Shown: positions 21,038 through 30,328 of the stretch, in pieces
How the letters are laid out: each line of letters starts with the position of its first letter
Numbering within the stretch: the stretch's first letter is position 1
Assembly: GCA_964641225.1 (NCBI GenBank)
Contig: CAZXKC010000001.1
Span: 131,602 to 195,601, forward strand
Source of the DNA: an uncultured Candidatus Saccharibacteria bacterium
GTDB taxonomy: Bacteria > Patescibacteriota > Minisyncoccia > UBA6257 > 1-14-0-10-44-23
DNA length: 64,000 nt
Reading direction: 5' to 3'
Position numbers and translations under genes: made by a program
The notes under the pieces: generated by a model
Told to the model about the DNA's origin: nothing
What the model saw: the letters and a program-made list of their open reading frames with translations, nothing else
Databases searched by the model: none

Positions 21038-21460
21038 ATGCTTATTCCTAAGAAAGTAAAACACCGTAAGTGGATGAAGGGCCGCCGCAAGAACCGCAAG
21101 ATTGAAATGCGCGGTGCTAGCTTGGCATACGGTACATATGGTCTTAAAGCCACCTCTTCAGCTTGGGTTAACTCTCGTCAGATTGAGGCTGCTCGTCGAA
21201 CGATTTCTAACTCCACTAAGCGCGCCGGTAAAATTTTTATCCGTATCTTCCCAGATAAGCCAATCACTGAGCGTCCACCAGAGGTAACCATGGGTGGTGG
21301 TAAGGGTTCTGTTGATCACTACGTGTTTCCGGTTCGCCCAGGACGCATCATGTTTGAAATGGATGGAGTTACTGAAGTGCAGGCTCGCGCAGCTCTTCGT
21401 TTGGCTGGCTTCAAGCTCCCGCTGCGCAGCCGTTTCGTGAAGAAAGAAGACCACAACTAA
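21038..21460 (+). CDS. rplP: 50S ribosomal protein L16
   Basis: operon position, motifs. Confidence 0.95.
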   Translation: MLIPKKVKHRKWMKGRRKNRKIEMRGASLAYGTYGLKATSSAWVNSRQIEAARRTISNSTKRAGKIFIRIFPDKPITERPPEVTMGGGKGSVDHYVFPVRPGRIMFEMDGVTEVQARAALRLAGFKLPLRSRFVKKEDHN

Positions 21461-21461
21461 T

Positions 21462-21674
21462 ATGAAAAAGAACGATATTTCAAAATTGCATAACCGTTCG
21501 GTTGCTGAGCTTCAGAAAGAGGCGATTGAAACCAAAGAAAAGCTATGGGCACTGCGCCGCGAGATCGCGGGCGGTAAAGTTAAGAACGTAAAGGCTCGAA
21601 ATGCTATGCGCCGTGACGTTGCTCGTATGCTGACGGTAGCAAGCATGAAGGGCTTGAATAATAAAGCAAAGTAG
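21462..21674 (+). CDS. rpmC: 50S ribosomal protein L29
   Basis: size, position. Confidence 0.85.
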   Translation: MKKNDISKLHNRSVAELQKEAIETKEKLWALRREIAGGKVKNVKARNAMRRDVARMLTVASMKGLNNKAK

Positions 21675-21694
21675 TATATATTAGATCCTTACGT

Positions 21695-21952
21695 ATGAAG
21701 CGCCAACTTAACGGGACCGTCGTGTCCGACAAAATGATGAAGACTGCGGTAGTCGCAGTTTCATACCAGAAGAAGCACCCGAAGTATTTGAAGTACTACA
21801 CGGTTACTTCCCGTTTTAAGGCCCACAACGAAAACAACGAATACAAGACGGGTGATCAGGTAGTTATCGAAGAAACTCGCCCACTTTCCAAGGATAAACG
21901 ATTTAAGATTGTCGCCATGATTAAAAAGGCGGCGATGTCAGGAGCCCTCTAA
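21695..21952 (+). CDS. rpsQ: 30S ribosomal protein S17
   Basis: GTVVSDKM motif. Confidence 0.9.
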   Translation: MKRQLNGTVVSDKMMKTAVVAVSYQKKHPKYLKYYTVTSRFKAHNENNEYKTGDQVVIEETRPLSKDKRFKIVAMIKKAAMSGAL

Positions 21953-21993
21953 ATTACCTGATCATTCGTAAACAAGATTAAGAATAAAAAGAT

Positions 21994-22362
21994 ATGTTGC
22001 AGATTCGATCAGTAGTAAAAGTAGCAGACAACACAGGCGCAAAGCTTATCCGTGTCTTTACGGTATACGGTGGTAGCAAAAAGCGCTATGCCCGTTTGGG
22101 TGAAATGGTTAATGCCTCAGTGCAGGTTGCTGAGCCGCGTAAGGCTATCAAGAAGAAAGACATTGTTAAATGCGTTGTTGTCCGCACTGCAGCTCCAATC
22201 CGCCGTGCTGATGGAACCGTTATTCGTTTTGATGAAAATGCCGTCGTGATCGTTGATGATAAAAAGGCCCCAAAGGGAACCCGCGTGTTTGGTCCGATCC
22301 CGCGTGAAATTAAGGAGATGGGTTATGAGGCTATCGTAACTATGGCCGAAGAGGTTGTCTAA
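21994..22362 (+). CDS. rplN: 50S ribosomal protein L14
   Basis: MLQIRSVVKVADNTGAK. Confidence 0.95.
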   Translation: MLQIRSVVKVADNTGAKLIRVFTVYGGSKKRYARLGEMVNASVQVAEPRKAIKKKDIVKCVVVRTAAPIRRADGTVIRFDENAVVIVDDKKAPKGTRVFGPIPREIKEMGYEAIVTMAEEVV

Positions 22363-22368
22363 ACTTGT

Positions 22369-22593
22369 ATGATCAAGATGTCTATTAAAAAAGGCGACAC
22401 CGCCCTCATCATGAAAGGAAAGGATGCCGGAAAGAGTGGCAAGGTGCTTCGCGTTTTTCCAAAAGCAAACAAAGTGCTTGTCGAGGGTATCAATATGGTT
22501 AAGAAGCACAAAAAGCCGACTAAGCAGGGTGAAAAGGGCCAGACCGTCAGCATCGCTCGTCCGATTGATCGTTCTAATATCGCCAAGAAATAA
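22369..22593 (+). CDS. rplX: 50S ribosomal protein L24 (short, 74 aa)
   Basis: KKGDTALIMKGKDAGKSGKV KOW motif. Confidence 0.85.
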   Translation: MIKMSIKKGDTALIMKGKDAGKSGKVLRVFPKANKVLVEGINMVKKHKKPTKQGEKGQTVSIARPIDRSNIAKK

Positions 22594-22598
22594 CAGAT

Positions 22599-23111
22599 AT
22601 GATGAAGAACAGCATTGAAAAAATTGTCGTAAACAGCAGCTTTGGAAAACTGGCCACTAACACGCCGGATTTTGATGGCAAGGTGCTTCCGGATATCAGC
22701 GAACAGTTTGCTGCGATCGTTGGTCAAAAGGGTCAGCAGCGTCCAGCTCGTATTTCGATTTCCGGCTTCAAGCTTCGTTCGGGTATCATCATCGGACTCA
22801 AGGTTACGCTTCGTGGTGCTCGCGCTCGTCAGTTTATCAACCGCACGATCAATATCGTGATGCCTCGTGTTCGTGATTTTCACGGTATCAAGCGTTCTGG
22901 TATTGATCGAGACGGCAACCTAACTTTTGGTATTAAGGAGCACTCAGTATACCCAGAAATTTCTCTTGAGAAAGTTCGCTTCCCATTTGGTATGGAGGTT
23001 ACGATTGTTCCGAAAATTGCTATGAAGCGCGAAGAGGCTATGGCGTTTTATAAGGAGATTGGCATTCCGTTTGAAAAAGAGGTCGTAGCTGCTAAAAAAG
23101 GAAATAAATAG
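22599..23111 (+). CDS. rplE: 50S ribosomal protein L5
   Basis: position, motifs. Confidence 0.95.
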   Translation: MMKNSIEKIVVNSSFGKLATNTPDFDGKVLPDISEQFAAIVGQKGQQRPARISISGFKLRSGIIIGLKVTLRGARARQFINRTINIVMPRVRDFHGIKRSGIDRDGNLTFGIKEHSVYPEISLEKVRFPFGMEVTIVPKIAMKREEAMAFYKEIGIPFEKEVVAAKKGNK

Positions 23112-23114
23112 AGT

Positions 23115-23300
23115 ATGGCAAAAAAATCAATCATAGCTCGAGCGAATAAGAAGCCGAAGTTCTCAAGCCGCACTGTGCGCCGCTGTTTCCGCTGCGGACG
23201 TAAGCATGGATTCATGAGACTCTTTGGTATTTGCCGTATTTGTTTCCGTGAAATGGCAAGCAAAGGTGAGATTCCGGGCGTTAAGAAAGCCTCTTGGTAA
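23115..23300 (+). CDS. rpsN: 30S ribosomal protein S14 type Z (zinc-binding, 61 aa)
   Basis: [23 protein letters not shown] CxxC...CxxC. Confidence 0.9.
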   Translation: MAKKSIIARANKKPKFSSRTVRRCFRCGRKHGFMRLFGICRICFREMASKGEIPGVKKASW

Positions 23301-23309
23301 AACACATAT

Positions 23310-23690
23310 ATGTACGTAGATTTACTTACAAAATTGAAGAACGCGCAGAAGGCAAAGAAGGCAACGATCAAGATGGCTTACTCCAACATGGACCTCGCAG
23401 TTGCTGAACTTCTTGCTGCGCGCGGATTTGTTACTTCAGTTACGAAAAAGGGCCGTATGCCAAAGCGTATCATCGAAGTTGAACTCAAGTATGAAGGTGG
23501 TAAGGGTGGCATTGGTGGCATCAAGCTGCTTTCAGTTCCAAGCCGTCGTTTGTATGCTGGTTATGATGTGCTGCGTCCAGTTCGCCAAGGTTTTGGTTTG
23601 GCTGTGATTTCTACACCGAAAGGAGTGATGACTACAACCCAAGCTCGCAAGCAAAAGGTCGGAGGCCAATTGTTATTTGAAATCTGGTAA
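23310..23690 (+). CDS. rpsH: 30S ribosomal protein S8
   Basis: position, motifs. Confidence 0.9.
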   Translation: MYVDLLTKLKNAQKAKKATIKMAYSNMDLAVAELLAARGFVTSVTKKGRMPKRIIEVELKYEGGKGGIGGIKLLSVPSRRLYAGYDVLRPVRQGFGLAVISTPKGVMTTTQARKQKVGGQLLFEIW

Positions 23691-23703
23691 AACATATACA
23701 TAT

Positions 23704-24246
23704 ATGAGTAAGATCGGTAAAAAACCAATTGTGCTTCCGGAGGGTGTAACTGCAACTTCAAATGAAAAGACAGTGACCATTAAAGGTAAGGGCGGTTCGC
23801 TCGAAGTGCCGGTGTTGCCGCACGTTACGGCCAACTTAGAGGGCAGCACGATCACTTTGACTATTGGTGAGACGATTGTTCAGGCTCGCGCAAATTGGGG
23901 AACTATGGCATCACACCTTCGCAACGCAATTGCCGGTGTGACCACTGGTTTTGAAAAGAAACTCGACGTGCAGGGTATTGGATACAAGGCAAACATGGAG
24001 GGTCCGACATTGGTACTGAGCCTTGGTTTTTCTCACCCGGTTAAATACAAAGCCCCAGCCGGTATCAAGCTCACGCTGGAGAAAAGTTTTATTACCGTCT
24101 CTGGTATTGATCGCCAGCTCGTTGGCCAGACCGCTGCTCAAATCCGTAAGTTTAAAAAGCCGGAGCCGTATCAGGGTAAGGGTATCCGCTACGTTGGTGA
24201 ACAGGTCCGCCGTAAGGAAGGTAAGAAGGTGGCGGGGGCCGCATAG
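23704..24246 (+). CDS. rplF: 50S ribosomal protein L6
   Basis: MSKIGKKPI start; ORF-track start 23677 overlaps rpsH. Confidence 0.9.
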   Translation: MSKIGKKPIVLPEGVTATSNEKTVTIKGKGGSLEVPVLPHVTANLEGSTITLTIGETIVQARANWGTMASHLRNAIAGVTTGFEKKLDVQGIGYKANMEGPTLVLSLGFSHPVKYKAPAGIKLTLEKSFITVSGIDRQLVGQTAAQIRKFKKPEPYQGKGIRYVGEQVRRKEGKKVAGAA

Positions 24247-24349
24247 CAAAGCGGTAACGCGCTAACCCGTCATGCGGGAACGGGGTTCTATCCCGCATAA
24301 CAGGCTAGCGCGTTACGCAAACTATAATAAAAGAAAACAACAAAGGAAC

Positions 24350-24718
24350 ATGAATCGAGCTATTAAGAAAAATTTGACCCGTACTCGCCGCGCCCACTCA
24401 ATCCGTGGTCATCTTAAGAGTGCAACTGCGCGCCCTCGTCTTTCGATTTTCCGCAGCAATGCAAATTTGTATGTACAGGTGATCGATGACGTAACCAGCA
24501 AGACTGTTGCCTCTGCAAAGCTTTCTGATATCAAGGCAACCAAGGCAAAGCAGCCGAATGCTCAGGTTGAGCGAGCGCACGCACTTGGAAAGCTCGTTGC
24601 TGAGCGTGCACTTAAAGCAGGTGTTTCTGCAGTTATGTTCGATCGCGGTCGCTATGCGTATCACGGTCGGGTAAAGGCGGTCGCTACCGGTGCTCGTGAA
24701 GGAGGTCTGAAATTCTAA
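24350..24718 (+). CDS. rplR: 50S ribosomal protein L18
   Basis: MNRAIKKNL...RLSIFRSN; start moved to internal Met after RBS AAGGAA. Confidence 0.9.
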   Translation: MNRAIKKNLTRTRRAHSIRGHLKSATARPRLSIFRSNANLYVQVIDDVTSKTVASAKLSDIKATKAKQPNAQVERAHALGKLVAERALKAGVSAVMFDRGRYAYHGRVKAVATGAREGGLKF

Positions 24719-24722
24719 AACT

Positions 24723-25433
24723 ATGGACGAACAAAAACCACAACAGAATACGAATCCAGCTCCGGCAGCCTCTGCCGCCGCAGCTCCGAAGGCAGCGGCC
24801 CCAGTCGCTCGTCCAGGCTTTGATCGCCGCCCAGGTGGTCCAAATCGTGGCGGCCCAGGAGGTATGGGAGGTCGCTCGCGCGGTCCGGGAGGTCCTGGCG
24901 GAGGTCAGGGTCGTCCAGGCGGCCGTGGCGGATCTCGCGATAATCGTCCGTTTGTAAAGAAAGACGATTTCCAAGAACAGACGCTTGATATGCGCCGCGT
25001 CGTACGCGTTATGGCCGGTGGTAAGCGTTTCCGTTTCCGTGCAACGATGGTTATCGGTGACCTTCGCGGACGCGTTGGTGTCGGTATGGGTAAGGGACTC
25101 GACGTGCAGCAGGCAATTGCAAAAGCAAAGCGTGATGCCCAGAAGCACCTGATCGTTGTTCCGCTTTCAAAGCGTACGATTCCGCACGAGGTTGAGGCAA
25201 AGTTTTCAGCCGCTCGTATTCGCTTAAAGCCAGCTCGTGAAGGACACGGATTGGTTGCCGGTGGTGCTGCCCGCGCTGTGCTCTCGCTTGCTGGCATCAA
25301 AGATGTCACCGCCAAGACACTTGGCCGCACGCCAAACCAGGTGACTAACGCGCTTGCAACCTTTGAAGCTCTCAAGCAGCTCAAGGCTCGTAAACCAAAA
25401 GTTGAAAAGAAAGAGGTAGTCGAAGCTAAATAA
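24723..25433 (+). CDS. rpsE: 30S ribosomal protein S5 with ~70-aa Gly/Pro/Arg-rich N-terminal extension
   Basis: S5 dsRBD core RVVRVMAGGKRFRFRA. Confidence 0.9.
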   Translation: MDEQKPQQNTNPAPAASAAAAPKAAAPVARPGFDRRPGGPNRGGPGGMGGRSRGPGGPGGGQGRPGGRGGSRDNRPFVKKDDFQEQTLDMRRVVRVMAGGKRFRFRATMVIGDLRGRVGVGMGKGLDVQQAIAKAKRDAQKHLIVVPLSKRTIPHEVEAKFSAARIRLKPAREGHGLVAGGAARAVLSLAGIKDVTAKTLGRTPNQVTNALATFEALKQLKARKPKVEKKEVVEAK

Positions 25434-25444
25434 GTTCTACTTTT

Positions 25445-25858
25445 ATGCAACTCCATCAATTACAACCAAAACACGCCAATACTGATAAGCGCACCCGCGT
25501 CGGTCGCGGAGGTAAGCGTGGTACGACTGCCGGTAAAGGTACCAAGGGTCAAAAGGCCCGTTCCGGTCACCGTATTCGTCCGGCTATGCGTGAATACATC
25601 CAGCGCCTTCCAAAGTTGCGCGGATATGCCAACAAGCCGCTTGCTGATGACGCCGCCGTTGTTACGCTTGGTATGCTCGCGAAGATGACCTCGCCGGTCA
25701 CCAAGAAGACGATTATTGCTGCGGGCTACGCTAAAGTGGGCCAGCCGATCAAGGTACTCGGCAATGGCGCTCTTACTAAGGCGGTAACGCTTGAAGGTAT
25801 CAAGGTGTCTGCATCAGCTAAAGCTGCAATTGAGAAGGCTGGCGGCAGCGTGAAATAA
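25445..25858 (+). CDS. rplO: 50S ribosomal protein L15 (follows rpsE directly; no L30 gene)
   Basis: LHQLQP...GRGGKRGTTAGKG motif. Confidence 0.9.
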   Translation: MQLHQLQPKHANTDKRTRVGRGGKRGTTAGKGTKGQKARSGHRIRPAMREYIQRLPKLRGYANKPLADDAAVVTLGMLAKMTSPVTKKTIIAAGYAKVGQPIKVLGNGALTKAVTLEGIKVSASAKAAIEKAGGSVK

Positions 25859-25942
25859 CTTACAACACACAACTAACAATGAACAAGCAAGGAGATAAAA
25901 TCGATTGTGAGTTGTCAGTTGTAACTTGTTAGTTAAAAATTT

Positions 25943-27214
25943 ATGAATAAATTTCTCCAACTCTTCCGAGTTCCTGAGCTTCGCAAAAAACTCCTGATCG
26001 TTGCCGGACTACTTATTTCATTTCGCTTGCTTGCTACAATTCCGGTTCCGGGTATTGATACTGCCCAGCTTGCAAATGTGCTTGGCCAAAATCAATTTCT
26101 CGGCTTTGTAAACCTCCTTTCTGGAGGCAGTCTTTCAAGTTTGTCTATCTTGATGCTCGGAGTCGGTCCGTATATTACCGGGTCGATCATCATGCAGCTG
26201 ATGACCATGATGAGCACCCGCCTGAAGCAGCTCTACTACGAAGAGGGTGCTATGGGTCGTCAGAAGTTTAACCAGTATTCTCGATATTTGATGGTGCCAC
26301 TGGCCTTTTTGTCAGGCTACGGATTTTTAAACTTACTTGCGCGCCAGGGCGTACTTCCGGCGCTCACCGGTTTCCAGTTGATGACGACCTTAGTGATCAT
26401 CACCGCCGGTTCGTGTATTTTGATGTGGATCGGTGAGCTTATCAGCGAGCAGAAAATCGGTAACGGTATTTCGTTGATTATCTTTGCCGGTATCGTTTCT
26501 CATTTGCCGACGACTATACAGCAAATGATCGCCAGCTACACCCCGGACCAGTTGATTACCTATATTGTGATCGCCGTTCTTGCAGTGCTGGTAATTGCCG
26601 GCGTTGTCTTTATTAGTGAGGGCGAGCGCAAAATCGCCGTTACCTATGCCAAGCGCGTGCGCGGCAACAAGATGTATGGAGGCGTCACCAGCTATCTACC
26701 GCTGAAGGTTAACCAGGCGGGCGTGATCCCAATCATTTTTGCTGTTTCAATTTTGCTCTTCCCGCAGCTACTCGCACAGCTGATCGCTGTTTTCTCAGTT
26801 GATCTTTCAGTCTCGATGCAAAATGCGGTGTCGACATTCTTGAATAACCAGGGGATTTACGCGGCGATTTACTTTGTGCTCGTCGTTGCCTTCACCTATT
26901 TTTACACTGCTATCAGCTTTAACCCAGACGAGCTTGCAAAGAACTTGCAGCAGTCGGGTGGTTTTATCCCAGGTATTCGTCCGGGTGAGCCGACGACTGA
27001 TTTCTTGAAGAGTACTTCTGGGCGAATTACCTTTTTCGGTGCTGTGTTCCTCGGCCTCATCGCCATTTTGCCAAACATTGTGCAGATGTTCACCGGTTTT
27101 CAGAGTTTTACTATCGGCGGTACTGCACTATTGATCGTGGTATCGGTTGCGCTTGAAATCGCCAGACAAGTTAACTCTCAGCTGACCATCCGGGAGTACG
27201 ACTCAATCGGCTAA
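25943..27214 (+). CDS. secY: preprotein translocase subunit SecY
   Basis: 10-TM protein, conserved SecY motifs, operon position. Confidence 0.95.
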   Translation: MNKFLQLFRVPELRKKLLIVAGLLISFRLLATIPVPGIDTAQLANVLGQNQFLGFVNLLSGGSLSSLSILMLGVGPYITGSIIMQLMTMMSTRLKQLYYEEGAMGRQKFNQYSRYLMVPLAFLSGYGFLNLLARQGVLPALTGFQLMTTLVIITAGSCILMWIGELISEQKIGNGISLIIFAGIVSHLPTTIQQMIASYTPDQLITYIVIAVLAVLVIAGVVFISEGERKIAVTYAKRVRGNKMYGGVTSYLPLKVNQAGVIPIIFAVSILLFPQLLAQLIAVFSVDLSVSMQNAVSTFLNNQGIYAAIYFVLVVAFTYFYTAISFNPDELAKNLQQSGGFIPGIRPGEPTTDFLKSTSGRITFFGAVFLGLIAILPNIVQMFTGFQSFTIGGTALLIVVSVALEIARQVNSQLTIREYDSIG

Positions 27215-27216
27215 AA

Positions 27217-27331
27217 CTCGCGCATCTGGCGCATTTCGTTGTCGCCGCGCTGCGCTTCTCGTTCGACGTATTTAAAAAATACGCCTCACTCGCTGCTCGC
27301 TAGCTCCTAGAACTGCATCCAGATGCGCGGG
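27217..27331. repeat. ~110-nt structured intergenic repeat element, copy 2 (after secY)
   Basis: conserved core with copy 1; outer IR gcgcatctgg/ccagatgcgc followed by gttttgg (may terminate secY transcript). Confidence 0.5.
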
Positions 27332-27422
27332 TTTTGGTGTTAGTCTGAAATTTATCTAAATATCGTGTTCTGAAAATCAGAGCCGGCTGGTCCCCGAAGG
27401 GATCCGGCCGGTTTCTTGTTCT

Positions 27423-27695
27423 CTACTTCGGGAGCATCTTGCCGACCACGAGGCCGGCCGTGAAGATCTCCGTCAGAAGTTGGTGTTCAGCCGATCCTTC
27501 GATGTTGGCTCGACTCAGGAATTCTGCGGTCTTCTGCTCCGCCTCTGGCGTGAGCATTAACGAATACACTCCGAAGCCGAGCGGACGGTTGAGGTCTGCT
27601 TCTCTGGGGATGATCCTGCCAGCCCCGTCGTTAAGGATCAGTACTGCTTGGCCGCCGAGATTTCTCTCGATTCCGGCCTGTCCAAAACGGTACAT
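27423..27695 (-). CDS. hypothetical small protein (~90 aa), GC-rich cassette D
   Basis: RBS GGAGGAG 5 nt before ATG at 27695; alternative starts 27707/27725; hairpin terminator 27368-27410. Confidence 0.4.
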   Translation of the reverse strand: MYRFGQAGIERNLGGQAVLILNDGAGRIIPREADLNRPLGFGVYSLMLTPEAEQKTAEFLSRANIEGSAEHQLLTEIFTAGLVVGKMLPK

Positions 27696-27742
27696 TCTCT
27701 CCTCCATTTCCCGATTCGGCAACACGCCTCATCGTAATATTT

Positions 27743-27772
27743 ATTATAGCATACTATATGCTATTTTGTCAA
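27743..27772 (-). promoter_or_regulatory. promoter identical over 35 bp to the one at 1230..1259
   Basis: ctattgacaaaatagcatatagtatgctataata on minus strand. Confidence 0.5.
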
Positions 27773-27830
27773 TAGTCTAAGAAATGAGTGTTTATGGGCT
27801 TAAAGTCGATTATGGTATACTTACCAGTAA

Positions 27831-28955
27831 TTGATTATGGCTATTCGTTCCGTAGAATCACTGAAAAATCTGGCTGGAAAGACCGTATTACTGCGCGTAG
27901 ATTTTAACGTTGAAACGCCGCGAGATGCGCTGCGCCTGACTCGTTCGTTGCCAACGATTAAATATTTGCTTGGCCAACGAGCTCGCGTTGTGCTCATTAG
28001 TCACCGCGGCCGACCGGAAGGTTCGGTTACACCTGAACTCAGTTTAAAAATTTTATTGCCGTTTTTGCGCCGCCGCGCCAGCCAGAGTATTTTTTTGTTC
28101 GATCACTTTAATTTTGGTCACATTCGGGCGCAAGTAGCGGCCAGTCGGCCTGGGAGTTTGTTTATGCTCGAAAATATTCGGTTTCTCTCTGGCGAGGAAA
28201 ACGAAAATGCTGCAGCTCGCCGCACGCTTGCAGCGCAGTTAGCCTCACTCGGAGATTATTATGTCAACGACGCCTTTGCTGTCTGTCACCGCGCTGGAGC
28301 CTCAATCACTGAGCTGCCTCAGCTGCTTCCGTGCTATGCCGGATTTATTGTGCAGGAGGAGGTTGAGAAATTAAGCATGGTGCTGCGCAAGCCTAAACAG
28401 CCGCTCGTAGTGATTGTTGGCGGCGGTAAGGCGAAGGACAAGTTTGCAGTGATTAATAATTTGCACAGAAAAGCTGATCATTTCTTAGTCGGCGGCGTAC
28501 TGGCAAATACATTTTTAAAAATGCGCGGAGTTGATGTTGGCTACTCTGCTATTGATGCTTCGCTTGCGCAGGATGTTAAGCGCAGTCTTAAAGATAAGAA
28601 AATTACTTTACCTGTTGACTGGATTATCGGTGACACAGGTAAAATTTCTGATATCGGATCATTAACAGCGACTGCATTTTCAGAGATTATCCGCAGCGCA
28701 AAAACAATTGTGTGGAATGGGCCAATGGGAATTTTTGAAAATCCGCGGTATCGCGCCGGTTCGTTGGCAATCGCAAAGGCGATTGCCAAAAGTAAGGCCT
28801 TCTCGATTATCGGCGGCGGAGAAACAACGCAGTTTATTGATCAGTCGCGCATGGCAGACAAGTTTGATTTTCTTTCAACCGGCGGCGGGGCTATGCTTGA
28901 ATTATTGGCAGGAAAAAAGTTGCCTGGCATAGAAGCTCTGAAGCGCAAACAATAA
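27831..28955 (+). CDS. pgk: phosphoglycerate kinase
   Basis: KTVLLRVDFNV N-terminal motif, GGGA motif, 374 aa. Confidence 0.9.
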   Translation: MIMAIRSVESLKNLAGKTVLLRVDFNVETPRDALRLTRSLPTIKYLLGQRARVVLISHRGRPEGSVTPELSLKILLPFLRRRASQSIFLFDHFNFGHIRAQVAASRPGSLFMLENIRFLSGEENENAAARRTLAAQLASLGDYYVNDAFAVCHRAGASITELPQLLPCYAGFIVQEEVEKLSMVLRKPKQPLVVIVGGGKAKDKFAVINNLHRKADHFLVGGVLANTFLKMRGVDVGYSAIDASLAQDVKRSLKDKKITLPVDWIIGDTGKISDIGSLTATAFSEIIRSAKTIVWNGPMGIFENPRYRAGSLAIAKAIAKSKAFSIIGGGETTQFIDQSRMADKFDFLSTGGGAMLELLAGKKLPGIEALKRKQ

Positions 28956-28979
28956 ACTAGAAACTCTAGACTTAAAACA

Positions 28980-29354
28980 ATGGAAGATTTTAGATTTTTA
29001 GAGTGGCCGATTTACAAAGATGCAAAGGAGGTGGTTAATTTAGTTTTTGCTTTGACCAATAAGTTTCCGCAGCATTTTCGATATGAATTAGGAAGCCAGA
29101 TGAATCGTTCCGCTATTTCTATTGTTCTTAATATTGCAGAGGGCAGCGGAAAGCGTTCTGATAAAGATTTTGCTCATTTTCTTAATATCGCACACGGTTC
29201 CCTCTACGAAACTCTCGCGGGATTTGATTTGGCGCTTAGTAATCGATTAGTATCAGGGGATCAGTTCAGTGATTTGCATGCCCGATTACTCGGTATCGCT
29301 AAGCAGCTTGGGGGTTTTAGAAAAAAATTAACAAAGCCTAAGTTTGTAGTTTAA
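28980..29354 (+). CDS. four-helix-bundle protein (23S rRNA intervening-sequence protein / Avd-like family)
   Basis: characteristic LNIAEGSGKRSDKDFAHFLNIAHGSLYE motif. Confidence 0.7.
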   Translation: MEDFRFLEWPIYKDAKEVVNLVFALTNKFPQHFRYELGSQMNRSAISIVLNIAEGSGKRSDKDFAHFLNIAHGSLYETLAGFDLALSNRLVSGDQFSDLHARLLGIAKQLGGFRKKLTKPKFVV

Positions 29355-29367
29355 AGTTTATAATTTT

Positions 29368-29919
29368 ATGTTATCAAAGCAGGATATTGATGTTAGACAG
29401 ATGGATTTGGTGTTTTTTGATACTGAGCTTACCGGCTTAGATTTAAAACACGAGATCGTTGAGCTGGGATTTATTAAAGTTACAAAGGGGACGTACGAGG
29501 TTATTACTGAGGGCTCGATCAAAATCAAGCCGGTACGCTTGCAGGATGCAAACCCGGAGTCGCTGGCAATTTCCGGATACAACGAAACTGAGTGGGCTAA
29601 CGCCGTCAGCCTCAAAGAGGCGCTGACAGAATTTTTGAAGCAGACTGATGGTTGCATGCTTGTTGGCCACAATCTGCCGATGGACTGGGCGTTTTTGAAA
29701 AAATCATTAGCCGAGTGCGATCTTGCGCCAAATTTTTATTACAAAGGCCTGGATACATTCAGTCTGGCCTGGACTAAGCTCCAAGGCGTACCGGCGATTA
29801 AACGGTTTTCGCTTTCTGAGCTTGCGCCGTATTTTGGAATTGACCAAGGCAAACAGCACAGAGCACTGGATGATGCGCGAACAACATATCATGTTTTCTT
29901 AAAATTGATCGGCAGATAG
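29368..29919 (+). CDS. DEDDh 3'-5' exonuclease (DnaQ/epsilon-like)
   Basis: Exo I FDTELTG, Exo III HRALDDARTTYHVF. Confidence 0.7.
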   Translation: MLSKQDIDVRQMDLVFFDTELTGLDLKHEIVELGFIKVTKGTYEVITEGSIKIKPVRLQDANPESLAISGYNETEWANAVSLKEALTEFLKQTDGCMLVGHNLPMDWAFLKKSLAECDLAPNFYYKGLDTFSLAWTKLQGVPAIKRFSLSELAPYFGIDQGKQHRALDDARTTYHVFLKLIGR

Positions 29920-29925
29920 AACGCT

Positions 29926-30318
29926 ATGATTATTTATACTGATGGTGGTAGTCGCGGTAACCCCGGGCCGGCTGCGTCCGGATTTACGATTGACGGCAAG
30001 GCCTATGGGAAATATCTCGGTGTGGCTACTAATAATGTGGCCGAATACACCGCTATTCAGCTTGCGCTTGAAAAAGTGTACGAGCAGCTGGGCGCTGCGG
30101 CTAAGAATACGAGCGTTGAGGTGCGCATGGATAGTCAGCTCGCGCAACGGCAGCTCATCGGTCGCTACAAAATGAAAAATGCGGGACTCCGGCCAATTTT
30201 TGATCGAGTGAAGTTGTTGTGTATGTATTTTAAGTCAGTGAAATTTGTGCATGTTCCGCGCGAGGAAAATAGTGCGGCTGATGCTGCAGTTAATAAGGCG
30301 CTCGATGAGGCTGTATAA
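29926..30318 (+). CDS. rnhA: ribonuclease HI
   Basis: IYTDGGSRGNPGPAA, catalytic DEDD spacing. Confidence 0.85.
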   Translation: MIIYTDGGSRGNPGPAASGFTIDGKAYGKYLGVATNNVAEYTAIQLALEKVYEQLGAAAKNTSVEVRMDSQLAQRQLIGRYKMKNAGLRPIFDRVKLLCMYFKSVKFVHVPREENSAADAAVNKALDEAV

Positions 30319-30328
30319 TTAAAGAAGC

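Noticed and set aside
24684-25459. two minus-strand ORFs (154 and 184 aa)
   Set aside because: Antisense to the Gly-rich (GC-rich) extension of rpsE.
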